A stretch of DNA of 64,000 nt from Nitrospirota bacterium (GTDB taxonomy: Bacteria > Nitrospirota > UBA9217). Under the pieces are notes generated by a model, which did no database searches, had not been told where the DNA came from, and worked only from the letters and a program-made list of their open reading frames with translations. The translations under genes and the position numbers were made by a program. The stretch is taken from assembly GCA_963790205.1 (NCBI GenBank), contig CAWBNQ010000001.1, positions 800,001 to 864,000 on the forward strand, written 5' to 3'. Below are positions 38,147 to 50,300 of the stretch, piece by piece (position 1 is the stretch's first letter; the number at the start of each line of letters is the position of its first letter).

Positions 38147-40228
38147 ATGACAATGAGCAGTAAATCGAAAAAGAGGTCGCTCTTTGAACCGATGATCGTA
38201 AAAAAAGCATTATTGGATTCGTTCAGAAAATTGAATCCAGTTTACCAGATCAAGAACCCTGTAATGTTTGTCGTGGAAATCGGCAGCATCTTGACGACAC
38301 TCCTGTTTTCTCACGCAGTGCTGACGGGAAAAGGCGAGGCGTCGCCTTCCTTCATACTGCAGATCTCCGTCTGGCTCTGGATAACGGTGCTCTTCGCCAA
38401 CTTTGCGGAATCCATGGCAGAAGGCCGCGGCAAGGCCCAAGCCGATTCGCTTCGCAAAACGCGGTGCGAGGTCATGGCCAAGCGGCTTGCGAAGCCGGAA
38501 CCTGATGCGGATGCCACCCAAGTGTCCTCTTCGCAGCTAAAAAAAGGCGATGTTGTCCTCGTGGAAGCCGGCGACATCATTCCCATGGATGGCGAAATCA
38601 TCGAGGGGGTAGCCTCGGTCAATGAAAGCGCCGTGACCGGCGAAAGCGCGCCCGTGATCCGGGAAAGCGGCGGGGACCGGAGCGCAGTCACCGGAGGGAC
38701 CACAGTCCTGTCCGACTGGCTCGTCATCCGCATCACGACAAGTCCGGGAGAGACGTTCCTTGACCGGATGATCAGCATGGTGGAAGGCGCGAAACGACAG
38801 AAGACTCCGAACGAGATCGCGCTCGACATTCTTCTTGCGGGCATGACGATCATCTTCCTGCTCGTGTGCGTGACGCTCCTTCCCTATTCTCTCTTCAGCA
38901 TCAAGGCCGCAGGTCAGGGCGCACCGATTACCATCACCGTGCTTGTTGCCCTTTTGGTATGCCTCATCCCGACCACGATCGGAGGGCTCCTCTCGGCCAT
39001 CGGCATTGCGGGCATGGACCGGATGATCCAGGCAAATGTGATCGCCATGTCGGGCAGGGCCGTAGAAGCAGCCGGAGACGTTGACGTTCTGTTGCTCGAT
39101 AAAACCGGCACCATCACTCTCGGAAACCGGCAGGCCACCGAGTTTATTCCCGCACCGGGAGTGCACGTAGGCGCACTTGCTGACGCGGCGCAGCTCGCCT
39201 CATTAGCAGATGAAACTCCCGAGGGAAGAAGCATCGTCGTTCTTGCAAAGGAAAAATATGAGCTCAGGGCGAGAGACATCCACAGTATCGGAGCAACATT
39301 CGTGCCGTTCACTGCGCAGACGCGCATGAGCGGTGTTAATCTCGACAACCGTGAAATCCGAAAAGGCGCAGCAGACTCAGTTGAAAAGTACGCCCAAAAA
39401 ATGGGCGGGACCTTCCCTTCCGATGTTCGCTCGATCGTGGATGATATTGCCAAACAGGGCGCAACGCCGCTCGTGGTTGCCGAGGGACATAAAGTGCTCG
39501 GCGTCATCCGGTTAAACGATATCGTCAAGGGAGGGATCAAGGAACGGTTCGCGGAGATGCGCAAGATGGGGATCAAGACGATTATGATCACCGGCGACAA
39601 CCCGCTGACCGCCGCCGCGGTCGCGGCCGAGGCTGGCGTAGATGATTTCCTGGCCGAGGCAACGCCCGAGGCAAAGCTCAAGCTGATCCGCGAACACCAG
39701 AAAGGCGGAAGGCTCGTGGCCATGACCGGCGACGGCACGAACGACGCGCCCGCACTCGCACAGGCGGACGTTGCCGTGGCCATGCACACCGGCACCCAGG
39801 CGGCAAAGGAAGCAGGGAACCTCGTGGACCTCGATTCCAATCCCACGAAGCTCATTCAGATCGTCGAGATCGGAAAGCAGCTTCTGATGACCCGCGGCAC
39901 GCTCACGACCTTCAGCATCGCGAACGACGTGGCGAAATATTTCGCCATTCTGCCGGCCGCGTTCATTTCCATCTATCCGGCGCTGGGAGCGCTCAACATC
40001 ATGGGCCTGGCCACCCCGCAAAGCGCCGTGTTGTCCGCGGTGATCTTTAATGCTTTAATCATTATATTCCTGGTCCCCCTGGCGCTACGCGGAGTAAAAT
40101 ACCGGCCCCTTGGGGCTTCGATTGTTCTGCGCAACAACGCACTGATCTATGGAGTCGGCGGGTTGATCGTGCCGTTCATCGGCATCAAACTGGTCGACAT
40201 GTTGATAACTGCAATGCATATAGTTTGA
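38147..40228 (+). CDS. kdpB: K+-transporting ATPase subunit B
   Basis: NPVMFVV, TGES, CLIPTTI, DKTGT, GDGTND, NDVAKYF. Confidence 0.97.
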   Translation: MTMSSKSKKRSLFEPMIVKKALLDSFRKLNPVYQIKNPVMFVVEIGSILTTLLFSHAVLTGKGEASPSFILQISVWLWITVLFANFAESMAEGRGKAQADSLRKTRCEVMAKRLAKPEPDADATQVSSSQLKKGDVVLVEAGDIIPMDGEIIEGVASVNESAVTGESAPVIRESGGDRSAVTGGTTVLSDWLVIRITTSPGETFLDRMISMVEGAKRQKTPNEIALDILLAGMTIIFLLVCVTLLPYSLFSIKAAGQGAPITITVLVALLVCLIPTTIGGLLSAIGIAGMDRMIQANVIAMSGRAVEAAGDVDVLLLDKTGTITLGNRQATEFIPAPGVHVGALADAAQLASLADETPEGRSIVVLAKEKYELRARDIHSIGATFVPFTAQTRMSGVNLDNREIRKGAADSVEKYAQKMGGTFPSDVRSIVDDIAKQGATPLVVAEGHKVLGVIRLNDIVKGGIKERFAEMRKMGIKTIMITGDNPLTAAAVAAEAGVDDFLAEATPEAKLKLIREHQKGGRLVAMTGDGTNDAPALAQADVAVAMHTGTQAAKEAGNLVDLDSNPTKLIQIVEIGKQLLMTRGTLTTFSIANDVAKYFAILPAAFISIYPALGALNIMGLATPQSAVLSAVIFNALIIIFLVPLALRGVKYRPLGASIVLRNNALIYGVGGLIVPFIGIKLVDMLITAMHIV

Positions 40229-40256
40229 GAACCGTTTGAACAGTTTGAACGGTTAT
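40224..40256. repeat. 9-nt tandem repeat (GTTTGAACN)
   Basis: CCGTTTGAACAGTTTGAACGGTTAT; longer copy at 44198-44279. Confidence 0.65.
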
Positions 40257-40269
40257 AACCGGAGGAAAC

Positions 40270-40842
40270 ATGTTCACCATGATTCGTAACGCATTCATGT
40301 CCTTGTTGCTGTTTACAATACTCACGGGGATTATCTACCCCCTGGCTGTGACCGGGATCGCTCAAGTAGTCTTTCCCCGTCAGGCGAACGGCAGCGTCAT
40401 CACGAAGAACGGCAAAGCCGTCGGATCGAAGCTGATCGGTCAGCAGTTCGACGACCGGAAATATTTCTGGGGAAGACCGTCGGCGACGACACCCTATCCT
40501 TATAACGGCGGGTCATCGACCGGCTCCAACCTCGGCCCGAACAACCCTGACCTCATGAAGGCTGTGCAGGCGCGTATAGATGCTCTGCGTGCCGCCGATC
40601 CGGGCAACGGGGCAAAAATCCCCGTTGACCTGGTCACGGCTTCCGGCAGCGGTCTCGATCCCCATATCAGTCCGGCTGCTGCCGAATATCAGATACGCCG
40701 AGTGGCAAAGGCCCGGGGACTCGAGGAGGCCAAGGTCCGCGACATCGTTGTCAATAACACAACAGGACGCTGGCTCGGCATGATCGGCGAGCCGGTGGTT
40801 AATGTCCTGGAACTGAACCTCGCGCTCGATGAAGAGAAGTAA
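40270..40842 (+). CDS. kdpC: K+-transporting ATPase subunit C
   Basis: [37 protein letters not shown]. Confidence 0.97.
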   Translation: MFTMIRNAFMSLLLFTILTGIIYPLAVTGIAQVVFPRQANGSVITKNGKAVGSKLIGQQFDDRKYFWGRPSATTPYPYNGGSSTGSNLGPNNPDLMKAVQARIDALRAADPGNGAKIPVDLVTASGSGLDPHISPAAAEYQIRRVAKARGLEEAKVRDIVVNNTTGRWLGMIGEPVVNVLELNLALDEEK

Positions 40843-40858
40843 CTGTGGAGGATACAAT

Positions 40859-41248
40859 ATGAAAAAGATTGCAGGGCTTCTTGCTGTTCTTCTTATCTTA
40901 TGCGCATGGCTGCCTCAGCTCGTCAACGCCGTTTCCTGGTCTCCCCTCCAGGAGGAACGTGAAGCGAAAGAAGCTAAGGGAATCATGGTGAAAGGAACAG
41001 TAGTATGCCTGTTTCAGAGCGGGACCTCGGACGTAAGGAAGGCGATCAATATTTATGATATCCTTCCTGTCTACCGGGAAAGTAGGTCCCATGAGATCCT
41101 GGAAGTAGGAAAGATCAAGGTGCTTTCCTATGTAGGGGAAGATTATTTGAAAGGCGAGGTTGTCGAAGGCGAACTGAAAGCCGGCGATATCGCGAAAAAA
41201 GGCGAGGCTGCCGGGCTGATAATATCGTCTGAAAACAGCTGTAAGTGA
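40859..41248 (+). CDS. Hypothetical exported protein within kdp locus
   Basis: GGAGGA RBS; signal peptide MKKIAGLL...; beta-rich (VGKIKV...GEVVEG..KAGD). Confidence 0.65.
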   Translation: MKKIAGLLAVLLILCAWLPQLVNAVSWSPLQEEREAKEAKGIMVKGTVVCLFQSGTSDVRKAINIYDILPVYRESRSHEILEVGKIKVLSYVGEDYLKGEVVEGELKAGDIAKKGEAAGLIISSENSCK

Positions 41249-41352
41249 GGTGCGCGTATATCCTCTCGACTACTCTTCCGGCAAGGCGAAACAAACGTAC
41301 CTTTGCGACCAACAGTTGAAACAGTGAAACTCCGCAGTTTACCTTCAACCAT

Positions 41353-41418
41353 CTTTATACAATTTTAATGCTTTCCGGTCCATTTTTTACGGCAATTTAA
41401 TGCAAGCCTGTCTATACT
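41353..41418 (+). promoter_or_regulatory. Second KdpE-box-type promoter upstream of kdpD
   Basis: CTTTATACAATTTTAATG...GCAATTTAAT and -10 TATACT. Confidence 0.6.
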
Positions 41419-41504
41419 AAATATTCTGCACAGAATGCGCAAAATATGCGAAAATATAAATCATATAAGGTTTTCTCTGTTAATCTTTGGGAGCTTATAT
41501 ATAC

Positions 41505-44192
41505 ATGGAAGAACGCAGGCCTAGTCCCGATGAGCTTCTGGACAGAGTGCGCCGGGAAACCGAACGGAGTCGCGAGGGGCAGCTGAAGATATTCTTCGGC
41601 GCCGCTCCCGGTGTCGGGAAAACCTATGCCATGCTCGAGGCCGCACGCCAGAAGAAACGCGAGGGCCTGGAAATCGTGGTCGGTCTTGTCGAGACCCACG
41701 GCCGTATAGAGACCGAGGCGCTCCTCGAGGGACTGGAAGTCCTGCCCCGCAGGAACATCGAGTATCGCGGCTCCATCCTGAAGGAGTTCGATCTCGACAG
41801 CGCTCTTCTTCGCAAGCCTGCTATCATGCTTGTTGATGAACTTGCCCACACGAATGCCCCCGGCTCCCGCCACAAGAAACGCTGGCAGGACATCTATGAG
41901 CTGCTGGGGGCCGGCATCTCCGTCTACACCACCGTAAACGTGCAACACCTCGAAAGCCTGAACGATGTAGTCGCCCAGATCACGGGCATCAACGTCCGGG
42001 AAACCATCCCCGATTTTCTCCTCGACCGTGCCGATGAAATAGAGCTGATTGACCTGCCCCCCGACGACCTGCTTCAGCGTCTACGGGAAGGCAAGGTGTA
42101 CATGCCGGATCAGGCGGCCGCGGCCATCGAAAACTTCTTTCGCAAAGGCAACCTGATCGCGCTCCGCGAGCTCGCGCTCCGCCGCACCGCAGACCGCGTG
42201 GACGAGCAGATGCAGGTCTACCGGCAGGACAAGGGGATCAAGGACATCTGGCCTGCCGGGGAGCGGATACTGGTTTGCGTCGGGCATAATCCGCGCTCTA
42301 TTCGATTGATCCATGCTGCGCGGCGCCTGGCAGCGGGGCTTCGCACCGAATGGATCGCGGTGCACGTAGAGGCCCCCTCGCGGGTGCGCTCCTCGGAAAG
42401 CGACATCAAACAACTGGCCGACCATATGAGGCTGGCTGAAAGCCTGGGCGCCGAGACCGTTACGCTCTCCGGTCAGCGGATGAGCGAAGAAATTCTCACC
42501 TATGCCCGCAGCCGGAACGTGACGAGGATCATCATCGGCAAACCGACCCATGCGCGCTGGAAGGACAAGTTTTTCGGTTCACCCCTAGACGAGATCGTAC
42601 GCGGGAGCGGCGACATTGATGTCTATGTCATCAGCGGAGACGTTGCAGAACCCCATGTTCACCGTGATGCCGGCGCCCGGACCCGCACTTGGCGCAAAAG
42701 GGAATGGGCCTTAAGCGTGGCTGCCGTCACGGCGTGTACGGTCCTGGCACAGCTCCTGTCTTCCTACTTCGAGCGGCTGGACATCGCCATGATATACTTG
42801 CTCGGCGTCGTTTTCGTCGCGAGCCGCACGAGCAAGTGGCCGTCGCTCTTCGCCGCGCTCCTTTCCGTCGCGGCCTTCGACTATTTCTTCATCACTCCCT
42901 ACTATACCTTTGCCGTCAGCGATGTCCGGTACTTTATCACCTTCGCCGTCATGTTCATCGTTTCTTTCGTCATCAGCAGGCTCACGCTCCGGGTTCGCCA
43001 ACAGGCCGAGGCCGCGAGACTGCGCGAGCGCAGGACCGCGGCCCTGTACAACTTGAGCCGCGACCTGGTACGCGAGCGGGGGGCGATGCGGCTCTCCGAG
43101 ATCGCCATGAAACACATCGGCGAAGTATTCGACAGCCAGGTCGCGATCCTCCTTCCCGACGAGCAGAACCGCCTCGCCGCCGCAGCGGGCGGGACCTTTG
43201 CTTTCACCCCCGTGCAGCAGGAGCTGAGCGTTGCGCAATGGGTATACGAACACCGCCAGCCGGCCGGACTGGGCTCCGATACGCTGCCTGGCGCCAAGGC
43301 GCTTTATTTGCCGCTGATCGCCTCTGCCGGCGTCACCGGCGTCATCGGCATCCTTCCAAAATCCGCACCGGACGGGTTCGAGCCGGAACAGCTACACTAT
43401 CTGGAGGCATTTGCGAACCAGACGGCCATTGCCATTGAGCGCTCCTTTCTGGGCGAGGCGGCCCAGCGGGCCTTGCTGAAGGCGGAAACGGAAAGCCTGC
43501 GGAACACGCTTTTAAGCTCCATTTCCCACGACCTCCGGACACCGCTCTCGGCGATCACCGGTGCGGCGACGACGCTCCTGCAACGGGATGTTCTGCTCGA
43601 CACCGACAGTCGCCTCGACCTGGTCACGACCATCCAGGAAGAGGCGGAGCATCTGAACAGGATCATCAAGAACGTTCTCGACATGACACGGCTCGAATCA
43701 GGGGCCATTCAGGTGAACAAGGAATGGCAGTCCCTCGAGGAGATCGTAGGCGTGGTGCTGAACCGCCTCGGCGACCGCCTGAACGATCATCCGGTAACCG
43801 TGAAACTGCCCGGGAACCTGCCGCTCATTCCCTTTGACGGCCTGCTCATCGAACAGGTCCTGGTGAATCTCTTCGACAACGCAATCAAGTACACGCCCAA
43901 GGGTACGCCGCTGGAACTGTCGGCGTCGGAGTCGTTCTATACGGTGACCGTTGAGCTTGCCGACCGAGGTCCCGGCATTCCGCCGGGGGACGAAGAGCGC
44001 ATCTTCGAGAAATTCGTGCGCGGCCGGGGCGTCGCGGGCGGCGTGGGCCTGGGGCTCGCCATCTGCCGCACCATCATCAACGCCCACGGCGGCAGGATAT
44101 GGGCGGAGAACCGCGAGAACGGCGGGGCCGTATTCCGATTTACCCTGTCCTCGGCGGGGCTCCCGCCGGCGCAGAAGAAGGAAGAAGAGTGA
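41505..44192 (+). CDS. kdpD: Sensor histidine kinase KdpD
   Basis: GAAPGVGKT, VDELAH, Usp domain, 4 TM, GAF, SHDLRTPL, GLGLAIC. Confidence 0.97.
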   Translation: MEERRPSPDELLDRVRRETERSREGQLKIFFGAAPGVGKTYAMLEAARQKKREGLEIVVGLVETHGRIETEALLEGLEVLPRRNIEYRGSILKEFDLDSALLRKPAIMLVDELAHTNAPGSRHKKRWQDIYELLGAGISVYTTVNVQHLESLNDVVAQITGINVRETIPDFLLDRADEIELIDLPPDDLLQRLREGKVYMPDQAAAAIENFFRKGNLIALRELALRRTADRVDEQMQVYRQDKGIKDIWPAGERILVCVGHNPRSIRLIHAARRLAAGLRTEWIAVHVEAPSRVRSSESDIKQLADHMRLAESLGAETVTLSGQRMSEEILTYARSRNVTRIIIGKPTHARWKDKFFGSPLDEIVRGSGDIDVYVISGDVAEPHVHRDAGARTRTWRKREWALSVAAVTACTVLAQLLSSYFERLDIAMIYLLGVVFVASRTSKWPSLFAALLSVAAFDYFFITPYYTFAVSDVRYFITFAVMFIVSFVISRLTLRVRQQAEAARLRERRTAALYNLSRDLVRERGAMRLSEIAMKHIGEVFDSQVAILLPDEQNRLAAAAGGTFAFTPVQQELSVAQWVYEHRQPAGLGSDTLPGAKALYLPLIASAGVTGVIGILPKSAPDGFEPEQLHYLEAFANQTAIAIERSFLGEAAQRALLKAETESLRNTLLSSISHDLRTPLSAITGAATTLLQRDVLLDTDSRLDLVTTIQEEAEHLNRIIKNVLDMTRLESGAIQVNKEWQSLEEIVGVVLNRLGDRLNDHPVTVKLPGNLPLIPFDGLLIEQVLVNLFDNAIKYTPKGTPLELSASESFYTVTVELADRGPGIPPGDEERIFEKFVRGRGVAGGVGLGLAICRTIINAHGGRIWAENRENGGAVFRFTLSSAGLPPAQKKEEE

Positions 44193-44197
44193 GTGTC

Positions 44198-44279
44198 TGA
44201 CGGTTCAAGCAGTTTAATCTGTTTAAACGGTTTAAACCGTTTGAACGGTTGTCACGGCTTGAACAGTTTGAACGGTTAT
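44198..44279. repeat. 9-nt tandem repeat array between kdpD and kdpE
   Basis: About 9 degenerate units of GTTT(G/A)AAC(G/A/C); ends TTGAACAGTTTGAACGGTTAT as does the 40224 copy. Confidence 0.7.
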
Positions 44280-44283
44280 TACC

Positions 44284-44991
44284 ATGACTGAAGACAAAGA
44301 ACTTATATTGCTGATCGAGGACGAGCCGCAGATGCGGCGTTTCCTGCGTATCACGCTCCAGGGCCACGGTTATCGCCTGGTGGAGGCGGGGACTGCACAG
44401 GAGGGCTTGATGCAGGCGACGACGCGCAACCCCGACATCGTGCTCCTCGACCTCGGCCTGCCCGATCTGGACGGACTGGAAGTAACAAAAAGATTGCGCG
44501 AATGGACCCAGACGCCGATCATCGTCATTTCCGCGCGGGAACAGGAGCAGGACAAGGTGAAGGCCCTCGACGCGGGCGCTGACGACTACCTGACGAAGCC
44601 CTTCAGCGCCGGCGAGCTCATGGCACGGATCCGCGTCGCGCTCCGGCACGCGGCCCGCCAGACTGCCGGCAGGCAGGAGCCGGTTTTTATTCTCCAGAAC
44701 CTGCGCGTCGATCTGGCGCAGCGGCAGGCGTTTATCGATGATAAGGAAGTGCACCTTACGCCCATTGAGTATAAACTGCTGACGGTGCTGGTCCGGCATG
44801 CCGGCAGGGTCATCACCCACACCCAGCTTTTAAAGGAAGTCTGGGGGCCGGCTCACGTAAACGAGGTCCAGTATCTGCGTGTGTACATGACCCAGCTCAG
44901 ACATAAACTCGAAGCAGACCCAGCACGCCCCCGGTTTCTGATGAATGAGCCGGGGATCGGGTATCGGCTTAAATACGATCCGGAAGGATGA
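44284..44991 (+). CDS. kdpE: Response regulator KdpE (OmpR family)
   Basis: LDLGLPD, GADDYLTKPF, YLRVYM..LR.KLE.DP..P. Confidence 0.95.
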   Translation: MTEDKELILLIEDEPQMRRFLRITLQGHGYRLVEAGTAQEGLMQATTRNPDIVLLDLGLPDLDGLEVTKRLREWTQTPIIVISAREQEQDKVKALDAGADDYLTKPFSAGELMARIRVALRHAARQTAGRQEPVFILQNLRVDLAQRQAFIDDKEVHLTPIEYKLLTVLVRHAGRVITHTQLLKEVWGPAHVNEVQYLRVYMTQLRHKLEADPARPRFLMNEPGIGYRLKYDPEG

Positions 44992-45231
44992 CGAGCCGCA
45001 AACGAGCCGCAAAAACCTGCACACGGTTTGATCATTTGTCTAAAAATGCGTCACCAAGGCGGCCCTTTCGCAACTCCGTGACAACCACCGTGGATTGCTC
45101 TCCTCGTAAAAACAACAACATGCCGAGAGGGCCATTCTTATTCTTGCAATGGTACATACCTTGCTTTATAATTACCCTCATTGCAGCGCAGAAGAGATAC
45201 AGCCGGAACGCCGGCGGATGTCAGCAGGAGT

Positions 45232-47241
45232 ATGAATTTCATGGACCAACCTGGTAAGCCGTCCCTGTTGCAGCAAATAAAACACCTGATCCTCGGCGGT
45301 AAGCACAACATTGATGATTCGTCGCTTTTCCACAAGCTCGCCCTTATCGCCTTCTTTGCCTGGGTCGGGCTCGGGGCCGACGGCCTTTCGTCATCCTGCT
45401 ACGGCCCGGAAGAAGCTTTTCTCGCCTTCAAGGGCCATGTTTACCTCAGTATCATTGTCGCCCTCATGTCGGGTATCACCGTATTTATCATCGCTACCAG
45501 CTACTCCCAGATCATTGAGCTCTTTCCCACGGGAGGGGGCGGATATCTCGTTGCCAGCAAACTGCTCTCACCCACAGCCGGCATGGTGTCGGGATCGGCG
45601 CTATTGATCGATTATGTGCTTACGATCACGATTTCCGTGGCCAGCGGAGCGGACGCCCTGTTCAGCTTCCTCCCGCCGGCATGGCTGCCGTACAGGCTCA
45701 CGTTTGCGCTCTTTGGTGTCCTGGTTCTTACCGTCATGAACATGCGCGGGGTCAAGGAATCGGTCCTTCCCCTGGTGCCGATTTTCCTTACGTTCGTTAT
45801 CACCCATGCTTTCATTATCGCCTACGCCTTGTTTGTGAATCTTGGAAGCTTCGGCGCAGTCGCCGCCGCAACGAGAGCGGACGTGGTACAAACGCAAGCG
45901 GAACTCGGTTTCGCCGGGATGCTTCTACTTATTCTGCGCGCCTACAGCATGGGCGCCGGCACCTACACGGGAATCGAGGCGGTGAGCAACGGCCTGCCGA
46001 TCCTCCGAGAACCGAAGGTCCAGACCGGCAAGCGGACCATGCGCTACATGGCGTTTTCCCTTGCTCTCGTGGTTATGGGCCTGATGCTCGCCTATCTCCT
46101 CTACCGGGTCGTGCCCCAAACCGGGAAAACATTGAATGCAGTGTTGTTCGAGACCATGACCAAGGGTTGGGGCAGGGGAGGGGCCGTCTTCGTGCTCGTT
46201 ACACTCCTGTCCGAGGCGGCGCTCCTGTTCATCGCGGCCCAGGCGGGTTTTCTCGACGGGCCGCGGGTGCTCGCGAACATGGCCCTGGACCGGTGGTTCC
46301 CGACCAAGTTCAGCATGCTCTCCGATCGTCTGGTGACGCAGAAAGGGATCCTGATGATGGGCGGCGCGGCCTTTGTCACGATGGTCCTGACGAACGGTTC
46401 GGTGAAATATCTGGTCGTCTTGTACAGCATCAACGTGTTTATCACGTTTTTCCTCTCCCAGCTCGGCATGGTCCGCCACTGGTGGCAGGTCCGCGGCAAA
46501 GAGGCCCACTGGGAGAAGAAGCTGTTCATAAACGGCCTGGGCATGACGCTCACCTTTTTCATTCTTTCGACCGTCACGATAATCAAGTTCCACGAAGGCG
46601 GCTGGATCACGATGATTCTCACGGGAACGCTCGTCGGCATTGCGGTGCTCACCAGGCGCCATTACCGCAATACGTTTCGGATCCTTCACCGGCTGGATGA
46701 GTTGGTGAACGTGGCGGAGTCTTCCTGTCCCGCGTTTCCCGGCGAACAGGGGACGCAAAAGGAACTGAAGGTGAAGTACGATCCTCAGGACAAGACCGCG
46801 GTCCTGCTCGTCAACGGCTTCAACGGCCTCGGGCTCCATACGCTGTTCAGCATCATCAGGCTCTTCGGCGGGACGTTCAAGAACTTTGTTTTCATCCAGG
46901 TCGGCGTGGTAGACGCCGGCAACTTCAAGGGGGCCGAGGAGATGTCCCGCATGAAGGCCGAGGTGAGGAAGGAGCTGGACCGCTACGTGCATTACATGCG
47001 GTGTCACGGATATTATGCCGCCGGGTATTCCTCATTCGGCACGGATGTCGTCGACGAAATAGACCGCCTCATGCCGCAGATCCTGGAGCGTTTTCCCAAT
47101 GCGATTCTTTTTGGCGGCCAGCTCGTGTTTCCGAAGACCTCGTTTTTATCCGGCGTTTTTCACAACTATACGATCTTCGCGGTCCAGCGGAGATTTTACA
47201 GCCAGGGTATTCCCGTTGTCGTCCTCCCGATCCGGGTTTGA
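45232..47241 (+). CDS. APC-superfamily permease, KimA-like putative K+ transporter
   Basis: ADGLSSSCYGPE, GGGGY, DY.LT, TGIEAVSNG; cytoplasmic C-terminal domain; start 45232 or 45241. Confidence 0.75.
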   Translation: MNFMDQPGKPSLLQQIKHLILGGKHNIDDSSLFHKLALIAFFAWVGLGADGLSSSCYGPEEAFLAFKGHVYLSIIVALMSGITVFIIATSYSQIIELFPTGGGGYLVASKLLSPTAGMVSGSALLIDYVLTITISVASGADALFSFLPPAWLPYRLTFALFGVLVLTVMNMRGVKESVLPLVPIFLTFVITHAFIIAYALFVNLGSFGAVAAATRADVVQTQAELGFAGMLLLILRAYSMGAGTYTGIEAVSNGLPILREPKVQTGKRTMRYMAFSLALVVMGLMLAYLLYRVVPQTGKTLNAVLFETMTKGWGRGGAVFVLVTLLSEAALLFIAAQAGFLDGPRVLANMALDRWFPTKFSMLSDRLVTQKGILMMGGAAFVTMVLTNGSVKYLVVLYSINVFITFFLSQLGMVRHWWQVRGKEAHWEKKLFINGLGMTLTFFILSTVTIIKFHEGGWITMILTGTLVGIAVLTRRHYRNTFRILHRLDELVNVAESSCPAFPGEQGTQKELKVKYDPQDKTAVLLVNGFNGLGLHTLFSIIRLFGGTFKNFVFIQVGVVDAGNFKGAEEMSRMKAEVRKELDRYVHYMRCHGYYAAGYSSFGTDVVDEIDRLMPQILERFPNAILFGGQLVFPKTSFLSGVFHNYTIFAVQRRFYSQGIPVVVLPIRV

Positions 47242-47355
47242 CCCTCCCCTCCTGACGAATGCCGCAGCACCTCTCGTGAAAGGGCCCTTATTTTCGCCGC
47301 AGGTCCCGTTTTTTTGGTTGACCCGGCCATTCACCTAGTTTACTATGGTAGCCGT

Positions 47356-50300
47356 ATGCTGCAAATCAGGCTCCATGCCAAATTCCTCGTCCTGGTCCTC
47401 GGCAGTCTTAGTATCTTCCTCGGTCTCTTGTCCTATGCCCTGGTTCAACGGGAATCGAACATCCTTGCTCAAAAAGCCGATGAAGAACAGCATGTTCTTG
47501 CCTTTACGGTTTTATCGGACCTGAAGCAGAGCATGCTGAAGGGGGAGCCGCGCAGGACCCTGGAACTCATGGACGGCATTCGCGGTACCTACGGACTCGT
47601 AAGGCTGCAGGTTGTGAGAAGCGACGGGAGCCCTGCCTTCGGCATCACGGGAGGCAGTCTCGTCGCCATGCCGCAGATTGACCGGGTAATCAAAACAGGC
47701 GAGGAGGTTTCCTTTCAGGAAAACGGCAACGTCCCTCTCCGCACCATCCTGTATCCGTTGAAAAACGAAGGCAGATGCAACAAATGCCACGGCAGGCAAA
47801 AAAACATTCTCGGCGTTCTGCTCGTCTCTCTCTCGCTGGAAAACGCCGTCAAGGAGATCCAGGAGAGCAAGAGAAACCTCACCTTCTCTCTCACGGCACT
47901 GATCCTCATGATCGGAAGCATGCTCTATTTCGCAATCCGGAAGGTCATCCTTTCCCCTCTCACCATACTCCACGAAGGCGTGGAACGTTTCGGCAGGGGC
48001 GAGTTTGAGCACCGCGTCAGCCTGTCTACGAATGACGAGATCCAGGACCTTGCCCGGTCATTCAACGCGATGGCCGGCCGGATCGAGGAGTCTTATTCGG
48101 GCCTCGAAAACAAGATCCGGGAACGGACGGCACAGCTTTCCGTCGCCATGGAGGAGGTCGAGGACAAGGCAAGACGCCTCTATGAGTTCAGCCGTGACAT
48201 GGCGAGCGTCTCGCGTCTTTCAACCAAGGTTTTCAATGCCGAACAATCGCTTGAGCAGCTTCTCGACCAGTTCATGTGGGCCATTGATCGAGGGTTAGGG
48301 TATAAACAGTCGCTGCTTTGCCTTGTCGACCGCAACCGGGTGCGACTGGACGTGAAGCGAGATTCGGGCCTGGGGGCCATGCTCGGAATCACGAGCCAAG
48401 CCCTTGCCGGGGACAGCCCCTTTGCCGCGCTGGTGCGCACGGGCAGGGAATTATACGTGCATGATGCCGGACGGGACCCGGTGTTCAACCGCCCTCAGCA
48501 ATCAGTTGCATCTGAAACACGCGGCCTGTATGTAATTCCCATCCTGAACGGCACGCGCAACAAGATGTGCTGGCGCGAGAAGAACTGTATCCGCGCCGAT
48601 TGTCCGGCCTACAAACGGGAAGACGAACTCTGCTGGCTCGTTGACAATACTCTCTGCGGGAATGCGCTGATCGAGTCCTACCACAATAAACTTGCCTACT
48701 GCATGACCTGCGAGGTATTTCCCGTTCTCGGCGTTCTCGTGGTCGGGGCCCGCCCCGGGCGGCCATTCAGAAGACGGGACGTGAGCGTCCTCCGTATTCT
48801 GGCTGCGGAAATGGGAGCGGCCCTCGAGAACCATCGACTCTACGGCGATAACCGGCAGGTGGTCAAGGAACTGCTCGAACTTCACAAGGTGACCGCGCTG
48901 GCGCTCGCCGAGCTTTCCCTCGACCGCACCCTTGAGGCGTTCACGGATTCGGCCCTGAAGTTTTCGGGGCTGGATACCTGCAATTTCTGGCTGTTGTCTG
49001 ACGACGGACGTGAGCTCATATACAAGGCCGGCGGTTGTCTCGGCCCGGACCCCGGTCCCGGTCCCGAGAGGATTCCGCTGGATGCCGGCGTGCTTGGCCG
49101 CGCCTTCAAACAGAATGCGATCATAACGGAGTATTATGAGGTATTCACCGATCCGACACCGCTGGGAAATGCAATGGCGGCACAGGGGCTCCCGTCGCTG
49201 CTTGCGGTGCCCCTGAAGACTGAGGGCCGCCCCCTCGGCGTGTTCACCGTCCATAAAAAAAGCACGGCCCCGTTTCTAGAGACCGAAATTGCGGCGTTCA
49301 TGCTCTTCGCCAACCACGCGGCCATGGCGATCAATGTCTGCTTACTGAGTGAAGAACTAAAGAGCCAGAACAGGGAGCTTGCGCGAAACATCAACCTCAG
49401 GGAGGGCATCCTCACGAGCATGTCGAGCGGCGTGATGCTTCTCGACATGACCGGCACGGTGGAGCTTATCAACCAGGCGGGCGCCGAGATACTGCATTCC
49501 CGCCCCGCGGAAGTGATGAACCGTCGGCTGACGGATCTGTTCCCCCAGGCCGCGGCGTTCCTGGCGTCATCGGTGGGCCCCTACCAGGAGGTCGAGATCG
49601 AAAGGCAGGACGGCGCGAGCGTTCCCATCGGCTTTTCAAGCGCCTATTGCCGCGCCGTATCCGGCGAGCGTGAGGGGATCATCGTGGTCTACCGCGACCT
49701 GACCGAGATCAAGGTGCTTCAGACCGAGGTGCTCAATAAGGAGCGGTTCGCGGCGATGGGAAGGATGGTCGCCGGCGTGGCCCATGAGATCAGAAATCCC
49801 CTGTTCGGGATCAGCTCTATCGGCCAGATCTTCGAGCGGGAACTGATGGATCCTGCCCACCGGGAATTGGCGCGCGCGCTGTTGTCCGAGACAAAGAGGC
49901 TGAATCAGCTTGTTGAAGAACTGCTGGTTTACGGCCGTCCGATGAAGCTCGTTCCCGGCTGGTGCGATCTCCTGGAGCTCTGGGAGGAAGTGATCGGAAT
50001 GCACCGGGACGAAATCGATGGAAAAGGGCGTCAAGATAAGCACCGGCCTCGATATCGGGCGGGCGCGCGCCTATTTGGACGCGAATCAGATCCGCCAGGT
50101 GTTCCTGAACCTGCTCCGAAATGCCATTGAAGCCACGCCCCCGGGCGGCGAGATCACGATCAGGCTGCTGCTCGAGGACCGGTTCATCATATTCAAAGTT
50201 GCCGACACGGGCGGCGGGATCCCGGCGGAAAATATCGACAAGGTCTTCGACCTCTTCTTCACCACGAAACCCCGGGGCACCGGCCTCGGGCTGGGGATCT

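Noticed and set aside
44198..44279. Possible CRISPR array
   Set aside because: 9-nt tandem units with no unique spacers, and no cas genes in the window
44992..45231. c-di-AMP (ydaO) riboswitch upstream of the KimA-like permease
   Set aside because: The conserved GCUGAAUC and CCGUCAGCUAAC-type segments are not present
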